Positions 31,184 through 39,783 of a DNA stretch of 64,000 nt are shown piece after piece. Origin of the DNA: Candidatus Eiseniibacteriota bacterium (GTDB lineage: Bacteria > Orphanbacterota > Orphanbacteria > Orphanbacterales > Orphanbacteraceae); NCBI GenBank assembly GCA_016930695.1, contig JAFGGD010000026.1:114904-178903 (forward strand), given 5' to 3'. Each line of letters begins with the position of its first letter. Within the stretch, counting starts at the first letter, position 1. Position numbers and translations under genes: made by a program. Under the pieces are notes generated by a model. It saw only the letters and a program-made list of their open reading frames with translations, was not told the origin of the DNA and ran no database searches.

Positions 31184-32227
31184 ATGAACGGCGCTCCCCG
31201 CAGCAGGGGAATCGGTTGGTTTTCGCGGAGCCGGTGGCGCGCGGCGCTCGCGGCGGCGCTTCTGATCGTCCTCGCCGGCGTGGTCTGGTTCGGCGCGCGT
31301 TCCGGCCGGAACGGACTCCCCCGCACGCTTACCCTCTACTGTTTTAGCGGCATGCAGGACGTGATGGAGGAAGGGGTCCTTCCCGCGTTCCGCGCGTTCT
31401 GGCTGGAGAGAACCGGAGAACGTGTGGAGTTCATCACCACCTTCGCCGGTTCGGGAACGATCTCGGACAGGATCGTGGAGCGTTTTCCCGCCGAGGTGGC
31501 GATCCTCTCCTCCGAGATGGACGCGTTCCGCCTGGCGGAAAGGGGTGTGGTCGCCGGGCCGACCTGGCGCCGGCAGCCCCGGGGAGGCGTGCTCGGCCGC
31601 TCGCCGATGGTGATTCTGGTGCGCCCCGGCAACCCGTCGGGTATCGCCGGATTCGCGGATCTCGCCCGTCCGGGGCTCGCCCTCGTGCAGCCCGATCCGC
31701 TCACCTCCGGCGCCGGGGAGTGGGGGCTCCTCTCCGTTTGGACGGCCGCGAATGGGGCTGGGGAGGAGGCGGTCGACCTCTTTCGCGGCGTCCGAAGGAA
31801 CACCGCCGCCGTCGCCCCGAGCGCGCGCGAGGCGCGGGCGATCTTTCTACGCGGCGAGGGGGACGCGCTGATCACCTATGAATCCGAGGCGATCGCCCTC
31901 TCGAACCGCCTCGGTTCGGACGCGGTGGTCCGCCCCGTCCCGACCGTCGTCGCCGAGGCGGTGGTGATCGCCATCGACAAGAACGTCGCCGCTCCGCAGC
32001 GCTCGCTAGTGGATGGCTTTCTCGGTTTCCTGTGGGGCGAAGAGGCGCAGTCGATCCTGGCCGCCGGGGGCTTCCGCGCCGCGGACGACGCCGTGAACGC
32101 CCGGTTCCCCGCCCTTCCTCCCGTCGAGGGCGCGGTCACGCTGGCCGATCTGGGAGGGGCGGCGACCGTGAGAGAAAGGATCCTGGGAGAGGCTTGGGAG
32201 AGGAGCGCTTCGCCGGGGGGCCGTTGA
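31184..32227 (+). CDS. Sulfate/thiosulfate-type periplasmic substrate-binding protein (orphan; no cognate permease or ATPase nearby)
   Basis: Start at MNGAP after GGAGAGGAGGGA. Membrane-anchor-like N-terminus. Resembles the Sbp/CysP fold pattern (TFAGSGTISDRI, VRPGNPSGIAGFADLARPGLALVQPDPLTSGAGEW). Confidence 0.6.
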   Translation: MNGAPRSRGIGWFSRSRWRAALAAALLIVLAGVVWFGARSGRNGLPRTLTLYCFSGMQDVMEEGVLPAFRAFWLERTGERVEFITTFAGSGTISDRIVERFPAEVAILSSEMDAFRLAERGVVAGPTWRRQPRGGVLGRSPMVILVRPGNPSGIAGFADLARPGLALVQPDPLTSGAGEWGLLSVWTAANGAGEEAVDLFRGVRRNTAAVAPSAREARAIFLRGEGDALITYESEAIALSNRLGSDAVVRPVPTVVAEAVVIAIDKNVAAPQRSLVDGFLGFLWGEEAQSILAAGGFRAADDAVNARFPALPPVEGAVTLADLGGAATVRERILGEAWERSASPGGR

Positions 32228-32327
32228 TCGGGGCGCCGGAGGGCGCGCGCTCACAAAAAGAAAGGGAGCCCCGATCGAGGGCCCCCTTTTCCATTCCGTC
32301 GAATCGCTCGAGCGCCGGCGGTTTCCT

Positions 32328-32988
32328 CTATTCGTCGGCCTTCTTGCGGGCCGTCTCTTTCAGTTTCTCGTTCGCCATGATCGCCACCTCGACGCGGCGG
32401 TTCTGCTGTTTCCCTTCGGACGTCTCGTTGGAGGCGACCGGTTGGGTCTCGCCGTAACCGATGGTGGTCATCCGGGCGCTCTTCACGCCGTTCTGCAGAA
32501 GGTACGCCTTGACCGAATTGGCGCGCCTCTCGGACAGGGTCTGGTTGTGCTCCTCCGAGCCGTCCGAATCGGTGTGCCCCTCGATCAGGATGTCGGTGTC
32601 CGGGTACTTGGCGAGAATGGCGCCCAGGCTGGTGATGTTTTCTTGGGCCACCGGACGCAGGTCCGATTTGTTCACGTCAAAAAGGATGCCCGAATCGAAG
32701 GTGATTTTGATCCCCTCGCCGACGCGTTCGACCCGAGCGCCTTCGAGGTCCCGCTCCATCTCCTCCGCCTGGTCGTCCATGTAATCGCCGATGAAGGCGC
32801 CCGCGGCGCCGCCGACCGCCGCGCCGATGATCGCGCCCGCGGCGGTGTTCCCGGTCCGGTGGCCGATCGCGGTGCCGAGCAGCCCGCCGGTGGTCCCGCC
32901 GATGATCGCCCCCTTCTGAGTCTGCGTGCACGCCACGGCCAGCAGAAGCGCCCCGACCAGTCCGAAGACAAAGATCCGCTTGCTCATA
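32328..32988 (-). CDS. OmpA-family (Pal-like) lipoprotein with glycine-zipper region
   Basis: Signal peptide with a Cys near its end (LAVAC). Gly-zipper GAIIGAAVGGAAGAFIG. OmpA C-terminal domain (ITFDSGILFDVNKSDL...GHTDSDGSEEHNQTLSERRA). Confidence 0.8.
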
Positions 32989-33250
32989 TCCGCTCCCTCC
33001 CGCTGAGTGTTCGTGGATTGAAGATAATGCGGTTTTCTACGCATGGGAAGGGAATTCGGGGGGAACGTTTTCGGGTTTTTTTCGGAGGGGAGATTCCCCT
33101 CCGGTACCGGATTCTCTTTTCGCGAACGAAGTGGGTGAATAGGTGTTCGGCACCGACAAGTGGATACGTAATGACGCCTCCCGCATATGGTATCCCTGTT
33201 TTCCGGTGCAGACTCGCCATTTCTTGCGCAGGGAGACGGCAGAGCCTAAA

Positions 33251-34762
33251 ATGAACGGGAAGAGAGCGGATCGACCCGACAAAGAAGGGGCCGGCTTGGA
33301 GAATTCTCCTTCCATCGTATGGTTCCGGAGGGATCTGCGGGTTCGCGACAACCGGGCGCTCGCAGCCGCCGCGGCGCGGGGCGGTACGGTCCTGCCCGTC
33401 TTCATCTGGGCGCCCGAGGAAGAGGGGAAGTGGGCGCCGGGCGAGGCCTCCCGCTGGTGGCTCCACCACTCCCTCGAATCGCTCGGCCGCTCCCTCCGTT
33501 CCCTCGGCGCGCCCCTCGTCCTCCGGCGCGGTCCTTCCCGCGAGGCGCTCCTCGATCTCGCCGGCGAAACCGGCGCCGGCGCGGTCTATTGGAACCGTCT
33601 CTACGATCCGGGGCCGGCGAAGCGCGACCGGAGCATCGCCCGCTCTCTCACCGCCGCGGGGATCCTTGCCGAGGGCTTTCCCGGCGCGCTCCTCTTCGAG
33701 CCGGAGGATGTTCGATCCGGCTCGGGCGGGCCCTACCGGGTCTTCACCCCATTCTGGAACCGCCTTCTCTCCCTGCCGGAGCGCGGCGCCGGTCCGGATG
33801 CTCCGAATCGCATGATCGCTTCCGAGAAAAAACCACGCTCTCTTCCTCTTGCGGACCTCGGCCTCCTCCCGCGCGTCGATTGGGCGGCGGGGCTCCGGGA
33901 AGCGTGGACGCCGGGAGAAGAGGGCGCCGTCGCCCGGCTCGATCGTTTTCTCCGCGAAGGGATCGGCGGCTACGACGCCGAGAGGAACCGCCCCGACCGG
34001 GAGGGAACCTCACGGCTCTCGCCGCACCTCTGTTGGGGAGAGATCGCGCCGTCGCGGGCGTGGAGCGAAGCGCGCCGCCGGGCGTCGCGCCTCCGGAGCG
34101 AGAAGACGCGCGCCTCCGCCCTCGCCTGGCTCCGCCAGCTCGCATGGCGCGAGTTCGCCGCCCACCTGCTCCACCACTATCCGAGCACGGTCGAGCACCC
34201 CCTCCGGGAGGAGTTCCGGCGATTCCCATGGCGGCGGAGCCGGAAGGACCTCGAAGCGTGGCGGGAAGGAAGGACCGGATACCCGATCGTCGACGCCGGA
34301 ATGCGCCAACTGCGGGCGACCGGATGGATGCACAACCGTGTCCGCATGATCGCGGGCAGTTTTCTTGTAAAGGATCTGCGTCTCCACTGGCTCGAGGGGG
34401 CGCGCTGGTTCTGGGATACGTTGGTCGACGCGGATCTGGCGAACAACACGCTCGGCTGGCAGTGGGTCGCCGGTTGCGGGGCGGACGCGGCCCCGTATTT
34501 CCGTGTTTTTAACCCGGTCGCCCAGGGGGAGCGGTACGATCCCGAAGGGGCGTACGTGAAACGCCATGTCCCGGAGCTGGCCGGACTTCCCGCGAAGTCG
34601 ATCCACCGCGCCGGCGAAGCGCCCGCGGAAGCGCCGGCCGCGACCGGCCTCCAAGCGGGTCGCGATTATCCGCCGCCGATGGTCGACCATGCCCGCGCCC
34701 GCGAGGAAGCGCTTCTCGCCCTCGCCGCGATGAAGGGCGTGAAGAAGCGGAACCGGCGATGA
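33251..34762 (+). CDS. phr: Deoxyribodipyrimidine photolyase / cryptochrome family
   Basis: N-terminal IVWFRRDLRVRDNRAL. C-terminal FAD-binding signatures TGYPIVDAGMRQL, WMHNRVRM, GWQWVAGCGADAAPYFRVFNP. Start uncertain between 33143 and 33251. Confidence 0.85.
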   Translation: MNGKRADRPDKEGAGLENSPSIVWFRRDLRVRDNRALAAAAARGGTVLPVFIWAPEEEGKWAPGEASRWWLHHSLESLGRSLRSLGAPLVLRRGPSREALLDLAGETGAGAVYWNRLYDPGPAKRDRSIARSLTAAGILAEGFPGALLFEPEDVRSGSGGPYRVFTPFWNRLLSLPERGAGPDAPNRMIASEKKPRSLPLADLGLLPRVDWAAGLREAWTPGEEGAVARLDRFLREGIGGYDAERNRPDREGTSRLSPHLCWGEIAPSRAWSEARRRASRLRSEKTRASALAWLRQLAWREFAAHLLHHYPSTVEHPLREEFRRFPWRRSRKDLEAWREGRTGYPIVDAGMRQLRATGWMHNRVRMIAGSFLVKDLRLHWLEGARWFWDTLVDADLANNTLGWQWVAGCGADAAPYFRVFNPVAQGERYDPEGAYVKRHVPELAGLPAKSIHRAGEAPAEAPAATGLQAGRDYPPPMVDHARAREEALLALAAMKGVKKRNRR

Positions 34763-34850
34763 GGGACGGGGCGCGCTTGATTTATCCGCGCGTATTCGAT
34801 TATCGGGAGAAGATGCTCCGCGAGATCATCCGGGGCGAGGGGAGGAGGGA

Positions 34851-35813
34851 TTGGTGAACGATCATCGCAAAAAGATCCCCATCGGGGTGAGTCGCTGCCT
34901 TCTCGGCGATCCGGTCCGTTTCGACGGCGGCCACAAGAGGAGCCGTTTCCTCACCGACGTGCTCGCCGAGTGGTTCCGTTTCGTGCCGGTCTGCCCGGAG
35001 GTGGAGATCGGCCTCGGCGTCCCGCGCGAATCGATCCGCCTGGTCCGGAGCGACTCGGGCCCCCGTCTCGTGGGGAGCCGGACCGGAAAAGACCGTACCG
35101 AAAAAATGAACCGTTTCACGGAAGAGAGGGCGGAGGGGCTCGCGCCGCTCCGGCTCCGCGGTTTCGTGCTGAAGAGCACCTCCCCCACCTGCGGATTCGA
35201 GCGGGTGCGTATTTACGATACGAACGGCGTGCCGACCAAGGACGCCCGCGGTTTTTGGGGCGGGCGGCTCATGGACCGCTTCCCCCTGCTGCCGATCGAG
35301 GATGAGGGGCGCCTCAACGACCCGCGAATCCGGGAGAACTTCATCGTCCGTCTTTTCACATACGACCGATGGCTCCGGCTCCGGGAAGGGACGGTCCGGC
35401 CGCGGGATCTGGTGGACTTTCACACCGCCCACAAGATGCTCGTTCTCGCCCACAGCCCGAAGGCGATGACCGAGATGGGGCGTCTCACCGCCCGGGCGGG
35501 CGCGGACCCGATGGAGGATCTGCTGGACCGATACGAGGCGGAGATGATGACCGGGCTGCGGAAGATCGCATCGCCGGGGAAACACGTGAACGTGCTCGAG
35601 CACTTCGCCGGTTTCCTCAAGAAGGGGCTCGACCGGGAATCGAAAGCCGAACTGCACGACCTGATCGGCGAGTACGGGCGGGGATGGGTCCCCCTGATCA
35701 CGCCTCTCTCGCTCCTCCGGCACCACCTGAGGCGGCTCGGCCACGAGTGGGTGGAGGCGCAGGTCTATCTGCGGCCCTACCCGCGGGAGCTGGCGCTCCG
35801 GAGCACGATCTGA
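34851..35813 (+). CDS. ybgA: YbgA-like protein (DUF523 + DUF1722)
   Basis: The N-terminal half (GVSRCLLGDPVRFDGGHK...) and C-terminal helical half match the YbgA architecture. Adjacent to the photolyase gene, as in E. coli ybgA-phr. Confidence 0.65.
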   Translation: MVNDHRKKIPIGVSRCLLGDPVRFDGGHKRSRFLTDVLAEWFRFVPVCPEVEIGLGVPRESIRLVRSDSGPRLVGSRTGKDRTEKMNRFTEERAEGLAPLRLRGFVLKSTSPTCGFERVRIYDTNGVPTKDARGFWGGRLMDRFPLLPIEDEGRLNDPRIRENFIVRLFTYDRWLRLREGTVRPRDLVDFHTAHKMLVLAHSPKAMTEMGRLTARAGADPMEDLLDRYEAEMMTGLRKIASPGKHVNVLEHFAGFLKKGLDRESKAELHDLIGEYGRGWVPLITPLSLLRHHLRRLGHEWVEAQVYLRPYPRELALRSTI

Positions 35814-35905
35814 CCGCGCCCGCCGTTCGCCCCTAAAGAGAATCCCCGGAGGCGCCGCCCCCGGGGATTCCTCTTTTTCGCCGTCGCCCAAGCGGGCGGG
35901 CCGGC

Positions 35906-37090
35906 CTAGAAGCCGGTGACCATGCCGATCACCCCCCGGTCCGTCTCCCGCTCCAGGTCCCGGGTGTACTCCGCGAGGAAGCGCAGATTGCGCGCAAAGA
36001 GATAGGTGACGCCCGCCGTGGCGGTCTCGTAATCGTAATCGTCCAGATCCGAATCGATCCGGTTGTAGAGCCCGGTGAAGAAGAAACGGGAGCGGTCCTC
36101 TTGGGGCGAGACGACCACCTCCACCACGATTCCCTCGGTCTCCACGTCTTCCGGGGAATCGATGAAAGTGGGATTGGTGTCTTTCCGGAGGAGGTACTGG
36201 ACGGTCGCTCCCACCGGCCCGTATCCCCCGTTCGCGTCCGGGCCCCAATAGGTGATCTCGTTCTCCTCGCCGCCCACGGTCCGTTCCTTGCCGTAGTAAA
36301 TAAAGCCGCCCACGGAGGCGTACTCGCCGATCCCCTGGGCGAGACGGAAGCCGTAGTTCTTGAATTTGTCGTTGTCGAACTTCAGGTTCTCGTCCGCCTC
36401 CGGCTTGCCGTTACCGTTCACCACCATGCCGACCAGGTCGGTGCCGGTCCGCTCGATGCCGTAGAGAAGCATCACCCCCCGGTCGTAGGCGAGATTGTTC
36501 ATCGAGTCGCCGATCCGGGTCTTGTAGATCTGGTAATCTTCGAAGGTGAGCCGCAGCTCGCGCTTCATCAGAGGATCCGAGGTCTGGAACTGGCCGACCA
36601 GCACGTCGAGGGGGACGCCGAAGACGTCGTTGAAGTGGACGTAGGCGTCCTCGATGCCCGCCACCTCCCCCCGCTCGGACATGTAGAAGTAGAAGTAGTA
36701 TCCGATGTTCCGGTAGAGCGCCCCGCCGGACATCAGCTTGATTCCCCAGGGGGACTGCAGGTCGTACTCCACGTCGCCATCTTCTAACGCGTCCTCGTAC
36801 ACGCCGTAGGCGTCGAAGCGGATCGCGACGGGGAAGTCTTTGTTCAGCCAGAGAAGGTCGTCGCCCGCGGTGATATAGTCGCGCTCCTTCTCCTCCTCGG
36901 GGATCATGAATCCGTTGCCGGCGAATTCGTCGCCGTACGGCTTCAGCTTGGGGAAGGGAACGTGGCAGGTGGAGCAGGAGAGCTTGTGCCGCCGCGCGAA
37001 CGCGGGGATCGCGCCTGCTTCTTCGGGGAGGACGGCGGCGAGAACCGTCGCCGCCAGTGCCGCGCACCACACAATCTTCGATCGATTCAT
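35906..37090 (-). CDS. Putative Cyc2-like fused monoheme cytochrome c / outer-membrane beta-barrel
   Basis: Start at MNRSK. Signal peptide. A single CxxCH (CSTCH) about 20 aa after the cleavage site. The remaining roughly 350 aa are rich in alternating aromatic/Gly/Asp residues typical of a beta-barrel and end in ...MVTGF. Lies 50 bp downstream of a multiheme cytochrome gene. Confidence 0.5.
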   Translation of the reverse strand: MNRSKIVWCAALAATVLAAVLPEEAGAIPAFARRHKLSCSTCHVPFPKLKPYGDEFAGNGFMIPEEEKERDYITAGDDLLWLNKDFPVAIRFDAYGVYEDALEDGDVEYDLQSPWGIKLMSGGALYRNIGYYFYFYMSERGEVAGIEDAYVHFNDVFGVPLDVLVGQFQTSDPLMKRELRLTFEDYQIYKTRIGDSMNNLAYDRGVMLLYGIERTGTDLVGMVVNGNGKPEADENLKFDNDKFKNYGFRLAQGIGEYASVGGFIYYGKERTVGGEENEITYWGPDANGGYGPVGATVQYLLRKDTNPTFIDSPEDVETEGIVVEVVVSPQEDRSRFFFTGLYNRIDSDLDDYDYETATAGVTYLFARNLRFLAEYTRDLERETDRGVIGMVTGF

Positions 37091-37142
37091 TCTTTCCGTA
37101 CCTCCCTCTCCGCGCCGCGCGCGCCTCACCGCGCCGCGCGGT

Positions 37143-38489
37143 TCAGTCGTACACTTCGATCCACGTCTCGGCGTGATTGATCGGAACGACCGCGCTCTCG
37201 TCGGCCGGAACATTCAACAGGTCCGCCACCGGCTTCACCAGTTTTTGAAAGTTCAACTCCGCGTGGAATGTCACCCGGCCGGGGGAGAGGTCCTCGGGAA
37301 TTTCCCAGGTGAAGGTCTCGATCTTGGTTTCCCGCGGGCCGATCCGGTAGTCGACGCCGAAGCTCTTCGTGTTCCACTGCATGATGGTCATCCGGCCTTG
37401 GGGATCGAAGTAGGGCATCCGGAAGATCCGGTCGCCGAACGGAACGCCGTCGCGCTGCACGCCGGGGAAGTCCGGATCGTCCAGCGGAACAGCCATGTCC
37501 TGATAGGCGAGCACGTCGGCGGCGATCGTGTACTCCTCTCCGCTGAAACCTTTCGGATCCACGGGAAGGTGCCACGTCCGTCCTTCCTCGTCTTCGGCGG
37601 TCACGTGGAGCCATACGATGCGGTCCTCCACCGAGCCGGTCGGGATCTTGTGGCCCGCCTTCCCGTTGAAGAGCTGCACCTTCACGACAGCGATCCCGTC
37701 GTAGGGGACCTCGCGTTCTTCGGGGTGCATCCGGAGTTCCACGGCGCCGGCCACCTTTCCGGGGTCGTGAGCGCCGTGGAAGAGGTGTTGCGCCACCGAG
37801 TCCGCCTCGACCATGGAGGCGCTCTTCCCCCAGGCGCGCGGCTCGTGACAGCGCTGGCAGGGAACCCCGTCGGCGCCGTAAGGACCGGCGGCCCACTCGA
37901 TCTGGGTCGCCTTCACCCACGCGCCGTAGGGGCTCATCTCGTTGTGACAGGTCCCGCAGAACTCCGCCTGCCGGAGGAAGGGGTTGTACTCCGTGTCGTG
38001 ATGGGGGGAGACGCGCCCCGGTTTGGGGCCGTACTTGGTGCGCCCCGGCGTCGAAATCCAATTGAAGTTAAAAGGGGTGTCGCCGGCGTAGCCGCTCACC
38101 GTGTGGCAGACGTCGCAGCTCACCGATTCGTTGGCGCGGCTGTTCTTCTCCGGGCGCGGCGGAGGGGTGTCCCCCGCCAGATAGGCGATCGGCGTGTGAC
38201 AGCCGTTGCACCCCGGTTCCGCCTTCGCCGCGATCGGGTCCCTCTTGGCGTGCTCCACCGCCAGGCCGAAATACTCGATCTCGTCCCAGTGATGGGTGAA
38301 TGCCTGGGCCATCATCGACTGCTCCCACTGCCGGAAGAGATCGGTGTGACAGCTGCGGCAAGCGGCCGGCTTCTCGTAATCGTCGTAACTCTTGGTGTTG
38401 TAGGCTTCTTCGCCGGAAGGACCGCCCCCCGCAGCGAAGGCGACGTGGGCGGCGAGGAGAAGAACCGGGAGGAGGGTGAAACGTTTCAT
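37143..38489 (-). CDS. Secreted pentaheme c-type cytochrome
   Basis: Start at MKRF (AAGGAGG SD). Signal peptide. Five CxxCH motifs (CRSCH, CNGCH, CDVCH, CGTCH, CQRCH). Confidence 0.8.
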   Translation of the reverse strand: MKRFTLLPVLLLAAHVAFAAGGGPSGEEAYNTKSYDDYEKPAACRSCHTDLFRQWEQSMMAQAFTHHWDEIEYFGLAVEHAKRDPIAAKAEPGCNGCHTPIAYLAGDTPPPRPEKNSRANESVSCDVCHTVSGYAGDTPFNFNWISTPGRTKYGPKPGRVSPHHDTEYNPFLRQAEFCGTCHNEMSPYGAWVKATQIEWAAGPYGADGVPCQRCHEPRAWGKSASMVEADSVAQHLFHGAHDPGKVAGAVELRMHPEEREVPYDGIAVVKVQLFNGKAGHKIPTGSVEDRIVWLHVTAEDEEGRTWHLPVDPKGFSGEEYTIAADVLAYQDMAVPLDDPDFPGVQRDGVPFGDRIFRMPYFDPQGRMTIMQWNTKSFGVDYRIGPRETKIETFTWEIPEDLSPGRVTFHAELNFQKLVKPVADLLNVPADESAVVPINHAETWIEVYD

Positions 38490-38661
38490 CCGGACCTCCT
38501 TTTCGTAGGCCCGGTTCCCGGGATTCAGGGCGCCGGGCGGAAAACCCCTGGGGGACGGCACCATAAGAACAAAAACCGACCCCGGAATCCAGCATTTTTA
38601 CACGATTTGCCTGTTTGTCCTCCGCCGCGCGCGCCGGGTCGCGGGGGATGCGTTTCCGGGG

Positions 38662-38690
38662 TTGACAGGAAGACGAAATGGACATATGTT
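38662..38690 (+). promoter_or_regulatory. Candidate sigma-70 promoter TTGACA-N17-TATGTT for the DUF134 / NifX-like / MinD-like operon
   Basis: Consensus -35 at 38662-38667 and -10 at 38685-38690 with a 17-bp spacer, immediately upstream of the start at 38709. Sits in a divergent intergenic region. Confidence 0.4.
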
Positions 38691-38708
38691 CAATACGAGG
38701 TGACCGGA

Positions 38709-39185
38709 ATGCCACGACCGATGCGAAGAAAAATCATCTCTCACGGAATCGACCGGCGCGCTTTCAAGCCGGTCGGCGTTCCCCGCACCGGGCTCGAAAC
38801 CGTCTACCTCACCCTCGACGGGCTGGAGGCGATCCGCCTGGCCGACGGCGAGGGTCTTTACCAAGAAGCCGCGGCGGAGAGAATGGACGTTTCGCGCACC
38901 ACATTTTCGCGGATTCTCGCGGCCGCGCGGCGCGCCGTGGCGGAAGCGCTTCTTGAAGGAAAAGCCCTCGAGATACGCGGCGGAGTCGTGGACCGCTCCC
39001 CCGCGGGACCCCATCCATGCCCGGTGCATGGAGGGGTGAGACGGACGGGGCGGGGTTGCCGTTGCGGTCCCAGAGACGGACACGGGCGGGGCATGAGGGC
39101 GGACGGAGAAAGCGAGCAATCTATGGACGAGAAACATCCCGGCGGGGACGACAAAGCCCGGCCGGACGAGGAGGAAAGTCGATGA
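38709..39185 (+). CDS. DUF134 (UPF0251) putative DNA-binding protein
   Basis: Family-typical N-terminus MPRPMRRKI and FKPVGVP, with a sigma-70-region-4-like HTH. The upstream part of the long ORF in this frame is junk. Stop overlaps the next start (ATGA). Confidence 0.6.
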   Translation: MPRPMRRKIISHGIDRRAFKPVGVPRTGLETVYLTLDGLEAIRLADGEGLYQEAAAERMDVSRTTFSRILAAARRAVAEALLEGKALEIRGGVVDRSPAGPHPCPVHGGVRRTGRGCRCGPRDGHGRGMRADGESEQSMDEKHPGGDDKARPDEEESR

Positions 39186-39766
39186 AAATCGCAATCACGG
39201 CGATGGGCGACGGATTGGACGCCGAGGTCAGCCCCGTTTTCGGGCGGGCCCCCTATTTTCTTTATGTGGACGTCGAAAGCGGCGAGGTGGAGGCATTGGT
39301 GAATCCTTCGGTGGACGCGCCGGGAGGGGCCGGAATCCGTTCCGCCCAGATCGTCGCGGACTCGGGGGTGGGCGCGGTCGTGACCGGACGACTCGGCCCG
39401 AACGCCTCACGTGTTCTTCAGGAGACCGGGTTGGACCTTTTCCGCGCGCGTGCCGGCACGGTCCGGGAGAATCTGGACGCTTTCCGCGGCGGGACGCTCG
39501 AACGTCTCGATGACGTGGGGGAGGCGGGGTTCGGGGGGAAACCGGGCGCGATGGGCGGCGGTCGTGGCGGCGGCATGGGCGGCGGCGGCGGGAGCGGAAT
39601 GGGGAGTGGTCGTGGTGGCGGCATGGGTGGTGGCGGTGGCATGGGCGGTGGTCGAGGCGGTGGTGGCGGTATGGGGGGCGGCCGTGGCGGCGGCGGCGGT
39701 CGTGGCGGCGGCGGTGGTGGTGGCGGCGGTGGTGGCCGTGGTGGTGGTGGCGGCGGCGGGCGCTGA
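39182..39766 (+). CDS. NifX/NifB-like dinitrogenase FeMo-cofactor-domain protein with an approximately 80-aa Gly/Arg/Met-rich low-complexity tail
   Basis: The first roughly 110 aa (MKIAITAMGDGLDAEVSPVFGRAPYFLYVDVESGEV...) match the NifX/NafY fold family. The tail consists of GGRGGGMGGGG repeats. Confidence 0.7.
   Translation: MKIAITAMGDGLDAEVSPVFGRAPYFLYVDVESGEVEALVNPSVDAPGGAGIRSAQIVADSGVGAVVTGRLGPNASRVLQETGLDLFRARAGTVRENLDAFRGGTLERLDDVGEAGFGGKPGAMGGGRGGGMGGGGGSGMGSGRGGGMGGGGGMGGGRGGGGGMGGGRGGGGGRGGGGGGGGGGGRGGGGGGGR
39535..39763 (+). repeat. Imperfect GGC/GGT tandem-repeat tract encoding (G3-5 R/M)n
   Basis: Read directly: repeated ggcggtggtcgtggcggcggcatgggcggc units over about 230 bp. 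Confidence 0.7.
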
Positions 39767-39783
39767 TTCATCGGAGGGACTGT

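Noticed and set aside
36906-38700. N-terminal 600 aa of the 759-aa plus-strand ORF ending at 39185
   Set aside because: It runs antisense through the Cyc2-like and multiheme cytochrome genes with junk composition. Only the last 158 codons (38709-39185, DUF134) look real.
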